Of a DNA stretch of 57,394 nt, positions 16,231 through 25,502 are shown in pieces. Each line of letters begins with the position of its first letter. The first letter of the stretch is position 1. Source of the stretch: a virus. A program made the translations under genes and the position numbers. The stretch lies in IMG/VR virus record IMGVR_UViG_3300017909_002551, positions 1-57,394 of that record. The stretch is one strand, 5' to 3'. Below the pieces are notes generated by a model that saw nothing but the letters and a program-made list of their open reading frames with translations, ran no database searches and was not told the DNA's origin.

Positions 16231-16769
16231 TACTCGACCCGCACTTCTGGATATTCCCGAGCATCATCGACAAAGAACTCTGCGACCTCATTATAAAACG
16301 GGGCAATGAGATGGAGACTGAGCCAGGTCAGGCTGGCGGGGAAGTTAAGTTAGACAAACGCAAATCTCATATTGCGTGGTTTGACCAAAACGACTGGGTC
16401 TCGGGGCTTTGTTACCACTACACAAACTTGGCTAACGAGCAGGCATGGGACTTTGATATCACTCACCCAGATGGCGTGCAGTTCACAAACTATGAGGTCG
16501 GTGAGTATTACGAGCCTCACACAGACACGCATCGGCTCGAAGATGGCATGCGCAAACTTAGCATTGTCATACAACTGAACTCACCAGACGACTATGAGGG
16601 CGGCGAGTTCACGTTTTTTGACGGAGACAAGCCCTGGTCTCCAGAAAATTTTGAACAACAGGGCTCAGTTCTCGTCTTCCCTAGCTTCCTGTTACACCAA
16701 GTAAAACCCGTCACCTCTGGCAAACGACACAGCATTGTTAGCTGGTTTGTTGGCCCTCAAATGAAGTAA
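16227..16769 (+). CDS. 2OG-Fe(II) oxygenase, prolyl 4-hydroxylase (P4Hc)-type (180 aa)
   Basis: YYEPHTDTH (HxD), RKLSIVIQLNSPDDYEGGEF, LLHQVKPV (distal His) and GKRHSIVSW (2OG-binding Arg). Confidence 0.8.
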   Translation: MILDPHFWIFPSIIDKELCDLIIKRGNEMETEPGQAGGEVKLDKRKSHIAWFDQNDWVSGLCYHYTNLANEQAWDFDITHPDGVQFTNYEVGEYYEPHTDTHRLEDGMRKLSIVIQLNSPDDYEGGEFTFFDGDKPWSPENFEQQGSVLVFPSFLLHQVKPVTSGKRHSIVSWFVGPQMK

Positions 16770-16771
16770 GG

Positions 16772-16779
16772 GGACGACC
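16772..16779 (+). promoter_or_regulatory. GGACGACC motif 2 nt after the oxygenase stop
   Basis: TAAGGGGACGACC. Confidence 0.3.
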
Positions 16780-16807
16780 GAGCCCAAAGTTTCGGTAAGT
16801 ATGCGCT

Positions 16808-17056
16808 ATGGACACAAAGTCACCAGAATTAAGGCAACTACTTGAGGAGGCCGCTGAGGCTGGGGCCAAGCGCGCTCTTGCTGACGTAGGGTTATCGGAT
16901 GACCACGCCATCTACGATGTCCACGAACTCCGCAACCTCCTCGATAGCTGGCGCGAAACCAAGACCGCTATCGGCCAAACATTCATCAAGGTATTAACAG
17001 TAACAATCCTCGCCTCCATTGCCGCCGCCATAGGCCTCAATATTTACTCAGACTAA
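16808..17056 (+). CDS. Hypothetical protein with C-terminal TM helix (82 aa)
   Basis: C-terminal FIKVLTVTILASIAAAIGLNIY. Confidence 0.5.
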   Translation: MDTKSPELRQLLEEAAEAGAKRALADVGLSDDHAIYDVHELRNLLDSWRETKTAIGQTFIKVLTVTILASIAAAIGLNIYSD

Positions 17057-17667
17057 TGAAAGAACTTATCAAGTCAGAGCTTCGTCTCTGGGCTGTAAAA
17101 ACTCTTGCCCCACCCAACCCGCACTTTAACGGTCTTCCGGCTTGCCCTTTCGCTGCGCAAGCCTTCGCCAGGGACCGTGTAGACGTTCGCGTAGGCTTCG
17201 GCTGGCAGATGGCTGGTGTCGAAGACACCGCTCTGCGTTATCCGAGAAACAAGGACGTTGTCATACACGCAGAGCTCAACCCCACCATGTCTCCGTCACG
17301 TCTACAACACGAGGTATGCCGCCTCAATGACGCGCTCAGCAAAAAAAATATCTGGTGCATTGGTTTCCATCCGGACGACCCAGAGCCAGAATTTGTGGAA
17401 GATGAAGATGGCTTTGAGAATATTGTCGACGAGCCATACGCAATGGTCTTTGTGCAAAGACTAACCGAACTGGACGACGCAAGCAGGGTTCTTGAGGCAC
17501 AAAGGTATTACACAAAGGTTGAGGTGGAGCTGAAGGTTGCCCTCTACCGTAGACGAAAAGCTAGAGAGGAATATGACAATGGCAATGGGACGCGGAAAAT
17601 CAAAGGCAGGACGCGGCAAGCGGAAAGCTCAAAAAGCATTCAAGCCAGTAATGGCAGGGAAAGCTAA
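17056..17667 (+). CDS. Hypothetical protein (203 aa)
   Basis: ORF track. Overlapping stop/start (TAATG) with the upstream gene. Basic C-terminal tail. Confidence 0.55.
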   Translation: MKELIKSELRLWAVKTLAPPNPHFNGLPACPFAAQAFARDRVDVRVGFGWQMAGVEDTALRYPRNKDVVIHAELNPTMSPSRLQHEVCRLNDALSKKNIWCIGFHPDDPEPEFVEDEDGFENIVDEPYAMVFVQRLTELDDASRVLEAQRYYTKVEVELKVALYRRRKAREEYDNGNGTRKIKGRTRQAESSKSIQASNGRES

Positions 17668-17697
17668 CGGCAAGAAGCGGAACCGTAGAGCATAGAG

Positions 17698-18093
17698 ATG
17701 GCTTTCTCGAGGACATTTCGTGATTACGAGGCAAGCAGGCTAAAGCGTGCAAACGCTGGCCCGTTTGCCCGTTTTCAAACACTGTTTGATAAATACAAGG
17801 GCGCTGGAGACGGACTACCAGAGATTGCTAAGCAACGTGCTGGTTTATCTGGTTCGGGCCGAGCTTTTAGCAGGGCAATGGGATTTCAACTCGAGAAGCC
17901 TGCCGATATGTCAAATAGCGAAGTTTCTAAAATGGCTAACGAGGCGCGCTCAAGAGCAGAGACTGACACGACATTCAATGACTCTATGAGTAAAGCGATT
18001 AACAACTACAACAGGGCGGCGCGTGTTCAGCGACAGCGCGACCAAGCTGCTTTGGCATCGTCACCTAACCGCCGCATTCGCAGGAGAACCTAA
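17698..18093 (+). CDS. Hypothetical protein (131 aa)
   Basis: ORF track. Its stop overlaps the start of the next gene. Confidence 0.5.
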   Translation: MAFSRTFRDYEASRLKRANAGPFARFQTLFDKYKGAGDGLPEIAKQRAGLSGSGRAFSRAMGFQLEKPADMSNSEVSKMANEARSRAETDTTFNDSMSKAINNYNRAARVQRQRDQAALASSPNRRIRRRT

Positions 18094-18545
18094 TGCCGAT
18101 GAGCAAGGCCGAGCAGAACCTGTACGGTTCCAATCTTATCGCTCCAGATGATGAGTTGAGCGCGCGCAGTTTTGCAGGCGGTTACGTCCCTGGCACAAAT
18201 TTCACCAACATGCCTGACGACGTCTACTACAATCGACCTAAGGCGCAGGGTCTATTTAGCGGGGACACCGCTGTCAGTAGAGCGGCAGACAATATGCTCA
18301 ATACGTTCAGCGCTGGCTTTGCTGGAGACAGAAGCCCTAACGCTGGGCCGACGACATCGCTAGATGCTCTTGCTGGTCTTCTTGGTTTCATACCAACCAT
18401 TCCTCTGTCTGTTCTCGACAACACTATGAAGACGTTTCAGCAAATCGAAATGGATAAAAATTTTTCCAAGCAGTATTTCAGCAATCAAGAAATCAGCGAC
18501 CAAATGAACAATCAAAGTAAATTTTCTGAAGGCTACAATAAGTAA
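18093..18545 (+). CDS. Hypothetical protein (150 aa)
   Basis: ORF track. Tightly packed in the virion block. Confidence 0.5.
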   Translation: MPMSKAEQNLYGSNLIAPDDELSARSFAGGYVPGTNFTNMPDDVYYNRPKAQGLFSGDTAVSRAADNMLNTFSAGFAGDRSPNAGPTTSLDALAGLLGFIPTIPLSVLDNTMKTFQQIEMDKNFSKQYFSNQEISDQMNNQSKFSEGYNK

Positions 18546-18863
18546 ATGTCACGTAAAGATAAGACGAACCTCAAGGGCGTCGAAACACTGAAGTCATCAC
18601 GCGGCTGGGCTTATGTCCGTGAGGTGATGGAAAAAGAAATCGTTAGTGCGGCAATGGGTATGGCAGATAACGCTGCTATGCCTGTTGAAGAGATGCACTT
18701 CCGACGTGGCTCAATCTGGGCCGCAAAGCAGCTACTCGAGTTGCCAGAAAAGCTAGAGCTTCATCTGGAATCTCTTATACGGCTCGATGAAGCAGAACTG
18801 GGTGACGCTACGGCCTCACCTGATATTTTAACCAAATCCCCGCCACGGCTGGGAGAGGAGTAA
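18546..18863 (+). CDS. Hypothetical protein (105 aa)
   Basis: ORF track. Starts 1 nt after the previous stop. Confidence 0.5.
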   Translation: MSRKDKTNLKGVETLKSSRGWAYVREVMEKEIVSAAMGMADNAAMPVEEMHFRRGSIWAAKQLLELPEKLELHLESLIRLDEAELGDATASPDILTKSPPRLGEE

Positions 18864-18866
18864 AAA

Positions 18867-19877
18867 ATGGCTGATGAACTGCCGCAGGAAGCGCAAAGCA
18901 ACCTCATTGACGCTCTAGCATCCAGGCAAATGGGTGTAGAGCCACAACAACCGCAAGCACCCGAACAAGCACCTGCTGAACCAGCAGAGGCACCAGAGAC
19001 CGCAGAAGAAAAGGCTGTGGACGAAGGTTCGCCAGAAACTGAAAGCGAAAAGATGAGTAAGGACGCTGTCCTTTACGAAATCGAAATGGAGGATGGCACC
19101 ACACAGATGCTGTCTCCAAACCAAATCGCTGGTCTCAAGTCTCGTTACGCGGCCCTTAACTACAAAAATGCTGAAATGAAACCCATTCACATGGTTGTAG
19201 AGGCCGCTATTAAAAATGGTCTTGCCAAAGACCCAACTGACGCCGCGCGTCAGCTAATTAATTTGATGAAGGCCGATGAGAAGAACCCACAAATGGGCGA
19301 CACTGATGGCAAAACAAACACGCAAGCAAGCGAAGAAATGTCTCGCGACAGCTACGCACAGTGGGAAGAAGACAATGCTGTTAGCCTCCCACCTGGCTAT
19401 CGTGAACAGGCTGATGTGATGAGACAGGTTCTTCAGCAAAATAATGAAATGCGTCAAATGATGGCAAGAATGCTTCAGCAAGGTGAGGCAGCGGCAGATG
19501 GTGCGGCTAAGCAAGCTATCGAAGCCCAAAACATGAAAGGGCAGGCCGCTCAGCAGATGATTAACAACAACCTTGACAAAGGTGCTGATAGGCTGGGTCT
19601 TACCGACGCGGATGCAGATGACTTCAAAATTTTTGCACAAGAGCGGGGCTATACGGAAGATGACTTTATCGACCCTGGGCTGACCTTAAAAGTCATGACG
19701 GACTTCAAAAATGCCATGGACAGCGAAGAGATGACAGCTCTACGCGACATTCATAAACGTCGCCAAGCGTTTACAGGAACACTGGCGCAAACGCCTCAGG
19801 CAGGGGGAGCGGTTGCTGAGCCAGCTCCTGAAGTTGACCCAACACTGGGACGCCTGACTGACCGCGCTATGGGTTAG
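18867..19877 (+). CDS. Probable scaffolding protein (336 aa)
   Basis: Acidic, Pro/Glu/Ala-rich N-terminus and Gln/Met-rich helical region. Located immediately upstream of the capsid gene and followed by a terminator. Confidence 0.55.
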   Translation: MADELPQEAQSNLIDALASRQMGVEPQQPQAPEQAPAEPAEAPETAEEKAVDEGSPETESEKMSKDAVLYEIEMEDGTTQMLSPNQIAGLKSRYAALNYKNAEMKPIHMVVEAAIKNGLAKDPTDAARQLINLMKADEKNPQMGDTDGKTNTQASEEMSRDSYAQWEEDNAVSLPPGYREQADVMRQVLQQNNEMRQMMARMLQQGEAAADGAAKQAIEAQNMKGQAAQQMINNNLDKGADRLGLTDADADDFKIFAQERGYTEDDFIDPGLTLKVMTDFKNAMDSEEMTALRDIHKRRQAFTGTLAQTPQAGGAVAEPAPEVDPTLGRLTDRAMG

Positions 19878-19906
19878 TCGGCATAAAATTTTTACAAGGG
19901 CGGGAC

Positions 19907-19938
19907 GACAAAAGTCCCGCCCTTTTTTTATTCTTTAA
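19907..19938 (+). terminator. Rho-independent terminator
   Basis: GGGCGGGAC-GACAAAA-GTCCCGCCC followed by T7. Confidence 0.85.
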
Positions 19939-20055
19939 TCACAGGCGCTACGGCCCCTGTTTTTTTGAGTGAAACGCTTTATGAGACGGTAATTCCTCAC
20001 GAGGCGGAGCAACTCACCATAACCAACGTAAACCTGCCATAGAAGGAGACTTATC

Positions 20056-21228
20056 ATGGCTATTCAAGGTGTGCGGGGCACTGGCGAGTTCTCATCGGAC
20101 TTCCGCCCCAAAAACTATCGGGAGCTGTTTACGCTTCTCGAACCAAACGGTAACGCACCGTTGAACGCTCTGTTGTCTTTCGGTTCCTCTGAAGGCACCG
20201 ACGACCCTGAGTACAAAAACTTCCGTGACGAATTGCCGGACCGGAAACTGACCGTGAACGGTGCTGTTGCTTCAACAAGCACCACAAGCATCACGCTCGA
20301 CGCTTCTGATGACAATAAATTTGCCGTTGCAGGCTCAATCATTGTCAACAGTGGTACAGGCGAAGTGATGCGCGTAACTGCTGACACTACAGGCACAACC
20401 CTTACGGTTGCCCGTAACATCGGCGGCACAACTCACCAAATCGCAGACAACGCTGAACTGTTCGTAGCTGGCTTTGCTGCTGCTGAAAACGACGACGTTG
20501 GCACCGCCATCACGTTCGACGCAACGGTAGCTTCCAACTACACGCAGATTTTCCGGACTGCCTTCGGTGTGTCAAACACATTGAAGTCAACCTATCTGCG
20601 GACTGGCGACAAAGAAGACGAAGCAATGACCAAAGCCCTCAAGCTGCACATGAGCGACATTGAACGCGCCATGTTCTTCGGCGTGAAGGCTGAGGACAAT
20701 GGTTCTTCTGCTGCACCTCGCCGCTACACTGGTGGTCTGACCACTACGCTGACGACCGTTATTGATTGCAATAGCGACATCGACGGCGACGGTTCAATGA
20801 GCGAAGCTCAGTTTGACGAAGAGCTCATCAAAACCGTGTTCAAATACGGCTCTAGCGAAAAGATTGCATTCTGTGGCTACAAAGTGGCTGCTCACCTGCA
20901 AGAGTTCGGTAAAGACCGTTGGCGTCCAGAAAGCGTCCAAGGCGCTTATGGCGTGAACCTGACTCGCTACAACACTTTTGCTGGCGACCTGATGGTTCAC
21001 CTGCACCCGCAGTTCCGTCAGATTCCTGGCATGGACAATGCCATGGTAATCGTTGACTTCCCGTACCTGAAGTATCGTCACCTCGATGGTCGCGACACTG
21101 CCCTGTACGAGAACCGTCAAGGCAACGGCGTGGACGGAGTCATTCACGAGTACCTGACCGAGTGTGGTCTGGAACTCTTGCAAGACAAGACTCACGTCTA
21201 CATTAAGAACTGGTCGACCAACACCTAA
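20056..21228 (+). CDS. Major capsid protein (390 aa)
   Basis: Strong RBS GAAGGAGA. Follows the scaffold gene. Flanked by terminators, consistent with high expression. Size is typical of HK97-fold capsid proteins. Confidence 0.75.
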   Translation: MAIQGVRGTGEFSSDFRPKNYRELFTLLEPNGNAPLNALLSFGSSEGTDDPEYKNFRDELPDRKLTVNGAVASTSTTSITLDASDDNKFAVAGSIIVNSGTGEVMRVTADTTGTTLTVARNIGGTTHQIADNAELFVAGFAAAENDDVGTAITFDATVASNYTQIFRTAFGVSNTLKSTYLRTGDKEDEAMTKALKLHMSDIERAMFFGVKAEDNGSSAAPRRYTGGLTTTLTTVIDCNSDIDGDGSMSEAQFDEELIKTVFKYGSSEKIAFCGYKVAAHLQEFGKDRWRPESVQGAYGVNLTRYNTFAGDLMVHLHPQFRQIPGMDNAMVIVDFPYLKYRHLDGRDTALYENRQGNGVDGVIHEYLTECGLELLQDKTHVYIKNWSTNT

Positions 21229-21231
21229 GTC

Positions 21232-21239
21232 GGACGACC
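21232..21239 (+). promoter_or_regulatory. GGACGACC motif 3 nt after the capsid stop
   Basis: TAAGTCGGACGACC. Confidence 0.3.
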
Positions 21240-21263
21240 CGTCTTAGTGACGGCTGTAATTTA

Positions 21264-21295
21264 GGGGTGGTAGCAGAAGCTACCACCCCTTTTTT
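21264..21295 (+). terminator. Rho-independent terminator
   Basis: GGGGTGGTAGC-AGAA-GCTACCACCCC followed by T6. Confidence 0.9.
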
Positions 21296-21308
21296 ATGGA
21301 GGCATTTA

Positions 21309-21569
21309 ATGTCAGAGACTAAAGAAAAAAAGGCCGCACCCAAAAAAGCCGCCGCTACTACGAAAAAAACAGCAGAGCCTAAGCAACCCACGGTTGTTGT
21401 GTTCATATCTGCTGAGCACGAGCCAGTCCAATTTCATATTCGTGACCGCTACGCACACCGTCGAGAAGACGGACGTTTGCGCTGGCGGTTTTCTCCAGAA
21501 GAGGCGGAGCTAGTTCGCCGTCACCACTACGTCCAGATGGGGCGCGTAATAGAGGTAGATAATGACTGA
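21309..21569 (+). CDS. Hypothetical basic protein (86 aa; start trimmed past the terminator)
   Basis: GGAGG RBS before the ATG at 21309 (MSETKEKKAAPKKAAATTKK...). Confidence 0.5.
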   Translation: MSETKEKKAAPKKAAATTKKTAEPKQPTVVVFISAEHEPVQFHIRDRYAHRREDGRLRWRFSPEEAELVRRHHYVQMGRVIEVDND

Positions 21570-22026
21570 GACAAGCAACACCAATCCGCACGTAACGGAC
21601 AACTTCGCTCCTCTAGAGACGATGACACTCCAAGCTGTGCGTCGGTTTGGTGACTTTGCTCCAGGCACTCTCTCTGGTGATGCGGCCCTCATGTTTATTG
21701 AATTTGCCAACATGATTGTCGATGAGGTTCGCATGCACCCCTATTGGGATGGGACAGAGCTCGACTACTACGAGCACATGTCTGAAACTCGCCCCGTACC
21801 AGACACAATCATGATTGCTGGCCTGCTATTCCATTACTCAACACAGCAGGCATCTGACAAGGCTGAAAGTTATGGGGCTCAATTTATCCGCATGATTAAC
21901 CAGGAACTGTGGCGTCGGCTTAACGGCAATACAAAAATACAGATGCGCGTCACAGACAATGGGACAAACCCCAGAAATTACACAGGTAAGTCTACGGATA
22001 AAAACAACGGAACTGTGAAGTACTAA
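21562..22026 (+). CDS. Hypothetical virion protein, possibly head-tail adaptor (154 aa)
   Basis: Position only. Confidence 0.3.
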   Translation: MTETSNTNPHVTDNFAPLETMTLQAVRRFGDFAPGTLSGDAALMFIEFANMIVDEVRMHPYWDGTELDYYEHMSETRPVPDTIMIAGLLFHYSTQQASDKAESYGAQFIRMINQELWRRLNGNTKIQMRVTDNGTNPRNYTGKSTDKNNGTVKY

Positions 22027-23519
22027 TGGTAAGCACTACAAAAAGTCCTACTGGCGTTTCTCTTCGGAGTGTCGCCTACGATAACTTTCAAGGTCTGGAT
22101 GTGTCGCGCGATGTGACCTCCCTGGATACTGGAAAAAACCAACACCTATCAACGTCTACAGATTGTTTTTGCGATTGGCGCGGCCAGATTGTTCGTGACC
22201 CTGGAGCCAATTTCATCAGTGGCGAACATCCGATTGTAGAAGTTGCCTTCTACTCCACCGATAACGTCGTGTATGCAGAGCAAGATGGCTCTGGCGTCAA
22301 CTTGGTGAGTGAAGATGGTCACAAAAAAACAGGGGCTTTTCCTAGCGGCTCCCTCGTATCAACCTCTGTCTTTAACCGATATGTTCATTTTTTCAGTCGT
22401 GGCGAGGCTCCGATTTACTACGACGGACTGAAGTACAAAAACAATGGTAGTCCAGACCTGGACAAACTAAGACCTTCTTTTGCTACGTCTGTAGCGCGGC
22501 GTCTTTGCGTGGCAGGTGTCCCTGGTCGGGAGACGCAAATCTTTTTGTCTCGAGTGGACAACGATGAGATTTTCCCAGGTGACGAACCAATCGACAGTGT
22601 CAGCGTTTTGCGAGCTGGGATTATCGACGTTGCTAACCAACTGGGCACATCGGAACAGATAACAGGTCTATCCAAGTTTGAGCAGTCCAGAATGGCTGTG
22701 TTCACAAACGACCGCGTCCTAGTCTATTTGATTGACCCCAACATTGACCTGTGGGCACTCGATGACAAGGCCAGTGTCAATGTCGGCTGTGTGAGCCACA
22801 GGACAATCCAGCGAGCTGGCACAGACATCTTGTTCTGTTCGCGCTCTGGGGTGCATAGCCTTCGCCGCTCAGCGGAGAATGGCATCACGATTGAGGGCAC
22901 CTCCCTCTCAGAGAAGATTGACATTGAGTACCGCAAGCTGATTGCCACTGTTGAGGACGTGTCTCTTATCACGTCTGCTTATGACCCAGACATGGGGCAG
23001 TATCACATCTTCTTCCCCCAGCCTGGTGGCGTGATAAGCAAGCGGCTGACCATGACAGTCAATCCGCGCATGGACCCCAAATGGTCTACGGGCGAGTTTC
23101 TCAATGCGCGCTGCGGGGCTTTCCTGGCTGGAAGGCTCGTCTACGGAACGTCAGGTGGTATTTATGACGTCAAGAAAATCGAAGATGAAGCAGAAGTCCA
23201 CCCCGACATGGTGTTCACAACTCCAGTTCTTTGGCATGGCAGCTTCTCGGAAACCAAAGATGTCCACTCGATTGTTGTTCAAGCAGACGGCGAGGGTGAC
23301 GCAACACTAGAGGTTATCGACGATACGGGACGAATAATAGGAAGTATGACATTCCAGATAAGTGACAGTGAGGACGACAACTATTTCCCCGATGTTCCAT
23401 TATCACGGCAGTACGAGAGAAAACTCGAGATGCGTTATCGGGGTGCCCAATACCGCATGACAGTAAAAGGAAAGGGGCTCTGTCGAATTATCGGCTTGGG
23501 CATAATTTTGAGGAAGTAA
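22026..23519 (+). CDS. Hypothetical tail structural protein (497 aa)
   Basis: Position between the capsid and fibre genes. No motif recognised. Confidence 0.35.
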   Translation: MVSTTKSPTGVSLRSVAYDNFQGLDVSRDVTSLDTGKNQHLSTSTDCFCDWRGQIVRDPGANFISGEHPIVEVAFYSTDNVVYAEQDGSGVNLVSEDGHKKTGAFPSGSLVSTSVFNRYVHFFSRGEAPIYYDGLKYKNNGSPDLDKLRPSFATSVARRLCVAGVPGRETQIFLSRVDNDEIFPGDEPIDSVSVLRAGIIDVANQLGTSEQITGLSKFEQSRMAVFTNDRVLVYLIDPNIDLWALDDKASVNVGCVSHRTIQRAGTDILFCSRSGVHSLRRSAENGITIEGTSLSEKIDIEYRKLIATVEDVSLITSAYDPDMGQYHIFFPQPGGVISKRLTMTVNPRMDPKWSTGEFLNARCGAFLAGRLVYGTSGGIYDVKKIEDEAEVHPDMVFTTPVLWHGSFSETKDVHSIVVQADGEGDATLEVIDDTGRIIGSMTFQISDSEDDNYFPDVPLSRQYERKLEMRYRGAQYRMTVKGKGLCRIIGLGIILRK

Positions 23520-23520
23520 A

Positions 23521-25068
23521 ATGGCGCGACTTCGACAACAAAACCCACAGAATTATGTTGCATCTGGCAACATTAATGCTGAGTTCGAGAACCTCATTAG
23601 GTATCTCAATTCTGCGGAGCTTGGAGAGAAGACTCTAGGCGAGCTGCTTGAAACTCTGTTCGACGAAGACGGTATCTGGAAGGGGCCCATTGAGCTACGC
23701 AATGACTCATCTGCTGGCCTTCAGTATCGCGTTGGTACATACACCGATGAGAGTACAGGCTGGAAAAACCTTGCCACACTGGAGTCACTTCGCGGTGCTG
23801 CTGGTAGTGTTGTGGGTGAATTGGGTGCGCCAATCCTTTTCTCACGGCAAGACACGGTGGCCACGGCAGCCCAAACAGTTGTTTCCTACGCCCACGATAG
23901 TGCTGACGAGCTCCTGGTCTACGTAGACGGTGTTCTTAAACGGTCAGGTTCCAGTTATGACTATCAAACTGATGCCTCAGCGAATACCGTCACCTTCAAC
24001 TCTGGCTTGTCCGCTGGTGAAACAGTAACAATCTACAAAATTCGCACGTCATCAATTACTGGGTTTACTCGGTCTGATACGGTTACTACCGCATCGCAAA
24101 CCGTCTTCCCGTTTGTTCATGAAGAAGACACAGTTTTGCAAGTCTACAAAAACGGTATCTTGCAGCGCTCTGGTGGGTCAAATGACTATGTGACTAATGC
24201 TGCGTCAGACACCGTGACGTTTACAAGCTCTGTACCGTCTGGGAATACCGTGACTATCATCACGGTAGAGAACACGTCTACAAACGTAGTCACTGGACTG
24301 ATGACGGAAGCAAACTTCACGGACACGGCCACAGGAAAAATCACCTTTGCAAATATGCAATTTGCAGACGGTGACATTCCGCAAGCAAAAGTTAGCGGTC
24401 TTGTGTCCCACATTTCTACAGCAGCCAAACTAACTGTTTCCTCAAGCACCCCTTCTAATCCTGCAAGCGGTGACTTGTGGATGGATACAAGTCAGACGCC
24501 CAACGTCCTCAAGTTCTATACTGGGACGCAGTGGCTCGAAACAGCCCCAGAAAGCTCCTTGCCAACTTTTGCTGCCGCTAATGCAGGTCAGTTTGTAAAG
24601 GTAAACGCCACAGGCACAGCCCTGTCCTATGCAGACATTGACCTGACTTCTGTTGTACCCGTGACACAGAAAGGCGCAGCAAACGGCGTTGCAGAGCTAG
24701 ATAGCTCTGGCCGATTGCCAGCAGCACAGCTCCCAACCATCCTTGCTTCTGACAGTATTTATCAAAGCAAGACTGGTGCGGTTAGCAATGCCGACTACAC
24801 AATCAAAAGGATTTACCGCCAGAAAATACAAATCGACGCAATCAGTCTTCAGTGTTCTTCTGGTTCTGCCACGTGGCAGCTTTTGGTAAATGGTGTCGCT
24901 GTGGGTTCCACCCAAAGCGTTACATCGTCAGGTCTCGAGACTGTTCTCTCTACTCCGCAAGAAATTGATGCTACTTCGACCTCTAAGTCGATTGGTTATC
25001 AAATCACAAGCGCTAGTAGCTTGAATGACCTCGAGGTCACTTTGGCTATTAGCATTCTGTCTTCCTAA
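23521..25068 (+). CDS. Tail fibre/spike protein 2 (515 aa)
   Basis: Two tandem repeats of about 70 aa (TVATAAQTVVSYAHDSADELLVYVDGVLKRSGSSYDY...TVTFNSGLSAGETVTIY and TVTTASQTVFPFVHEEDTVLQVYKNGILQRSGGSNDY...TVTFTSSVPSGNTVTII). Fibre motif GDLWMDTSQTPNVLKFYTGTQW. Confidence 0.65.
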   Translation: MARLRQQNPQNYVASGNINAEFENLIRYLNSAELGEKTLGELLETLFDEDGIWKGPIELRNDSSAGLQYRVGTYTDESTGWKNLATLESLRGAAGSVVGELGAPILFSRQDTVATAAQTVVSYAHDSADELLVYVDGVLKRSGSSYDYQTDASANTVTFNSGLSAGETVTIYKIRTSSITGFTRSDTVTTASQTVFPFVHEEDTVLQVYKNGILQRSGGSNDYVTNAASDTVTFTSSVPSGNTVTIITVENTSTNVVTGLMTEANFTDTATGKITFANMQFADGDIPQAKVSGLVSHISTAAKLTVSSSTPSNPASGDLWMDTSQTPNVLKFYTGTQWLETAPESSLPTFAAANAGQFVKVNATGTALSYADIDLTSVVPVTQKGAANGVAELDSSGRLPAAQLPTILASDSIYQSKTGAVSNADYTIKRIYRQKIQIDAISLQCSSGSATWQLLVNGVAVGSTQSVTSSGLETVLSTPQEIDATSTSKSIGYQITSASSLNDLEVTLAISILSS

Positions 25069-25502
25069 TGCGTTACGTAATTGTCCACGAAGGACAAGAC
25101 ACATTAGCAAGAATATGCTCAGCCAAGTGCAAATGCCCTCCGTTCTCGGAGCCGAACTCATCTCTCGGCATCTGGGACAGCAAAGAGGGAAAGCTGGTTG
25201 GTGGAGTGACCTATTCAGACTTCACTGGCCGAGATTTGTGGGCATCCATTTGGTTGGATGACAAAGCTGCCCTGACAAGGGGCATTTTAAGGGAACTGTT
25301 TTCGTATCCCTTTGAGACATGTGGAGTGGTCAGGCTTTCGACAAACGCCAGGAAGGGCAACAGGAAGTCGGTGAAATTAACTAAGCGTCTTGGCTTTTCC
25401 GTGGAAGGAACCCTGAGACGCTTCTTTGGAGACGAAGACGATGACTCAGCAATCGTCTTCGGAATGCTGAAAGAAGAGTGTAGGTGGATTAAAAATGGGT
25501 AA
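25068..25502 (+). CDS. GNAT-family N-acetyltransferase (144 aa)
   Basis: RimJ/RimL-like C-terminal half: NARKGNRKSVKLTKRLGFSVEGTLRRFFG...IVFGMLKEE. Its start overlaps the fibre stop (TAATG). Confidence 0.7.
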   Translation: MRYVIVHEGQDTLARICSAKCKCPPFSEPNSSLGIWDSKEGKLVGGVTYSDFTGRDLWASIWLDDKAALTRGILRELFSYPFETCGVVRLSTNARKGNRKSVKLTKRLGFSVEGTLRRFFGDEDDDSAIVFGMLKEECRWIKNG

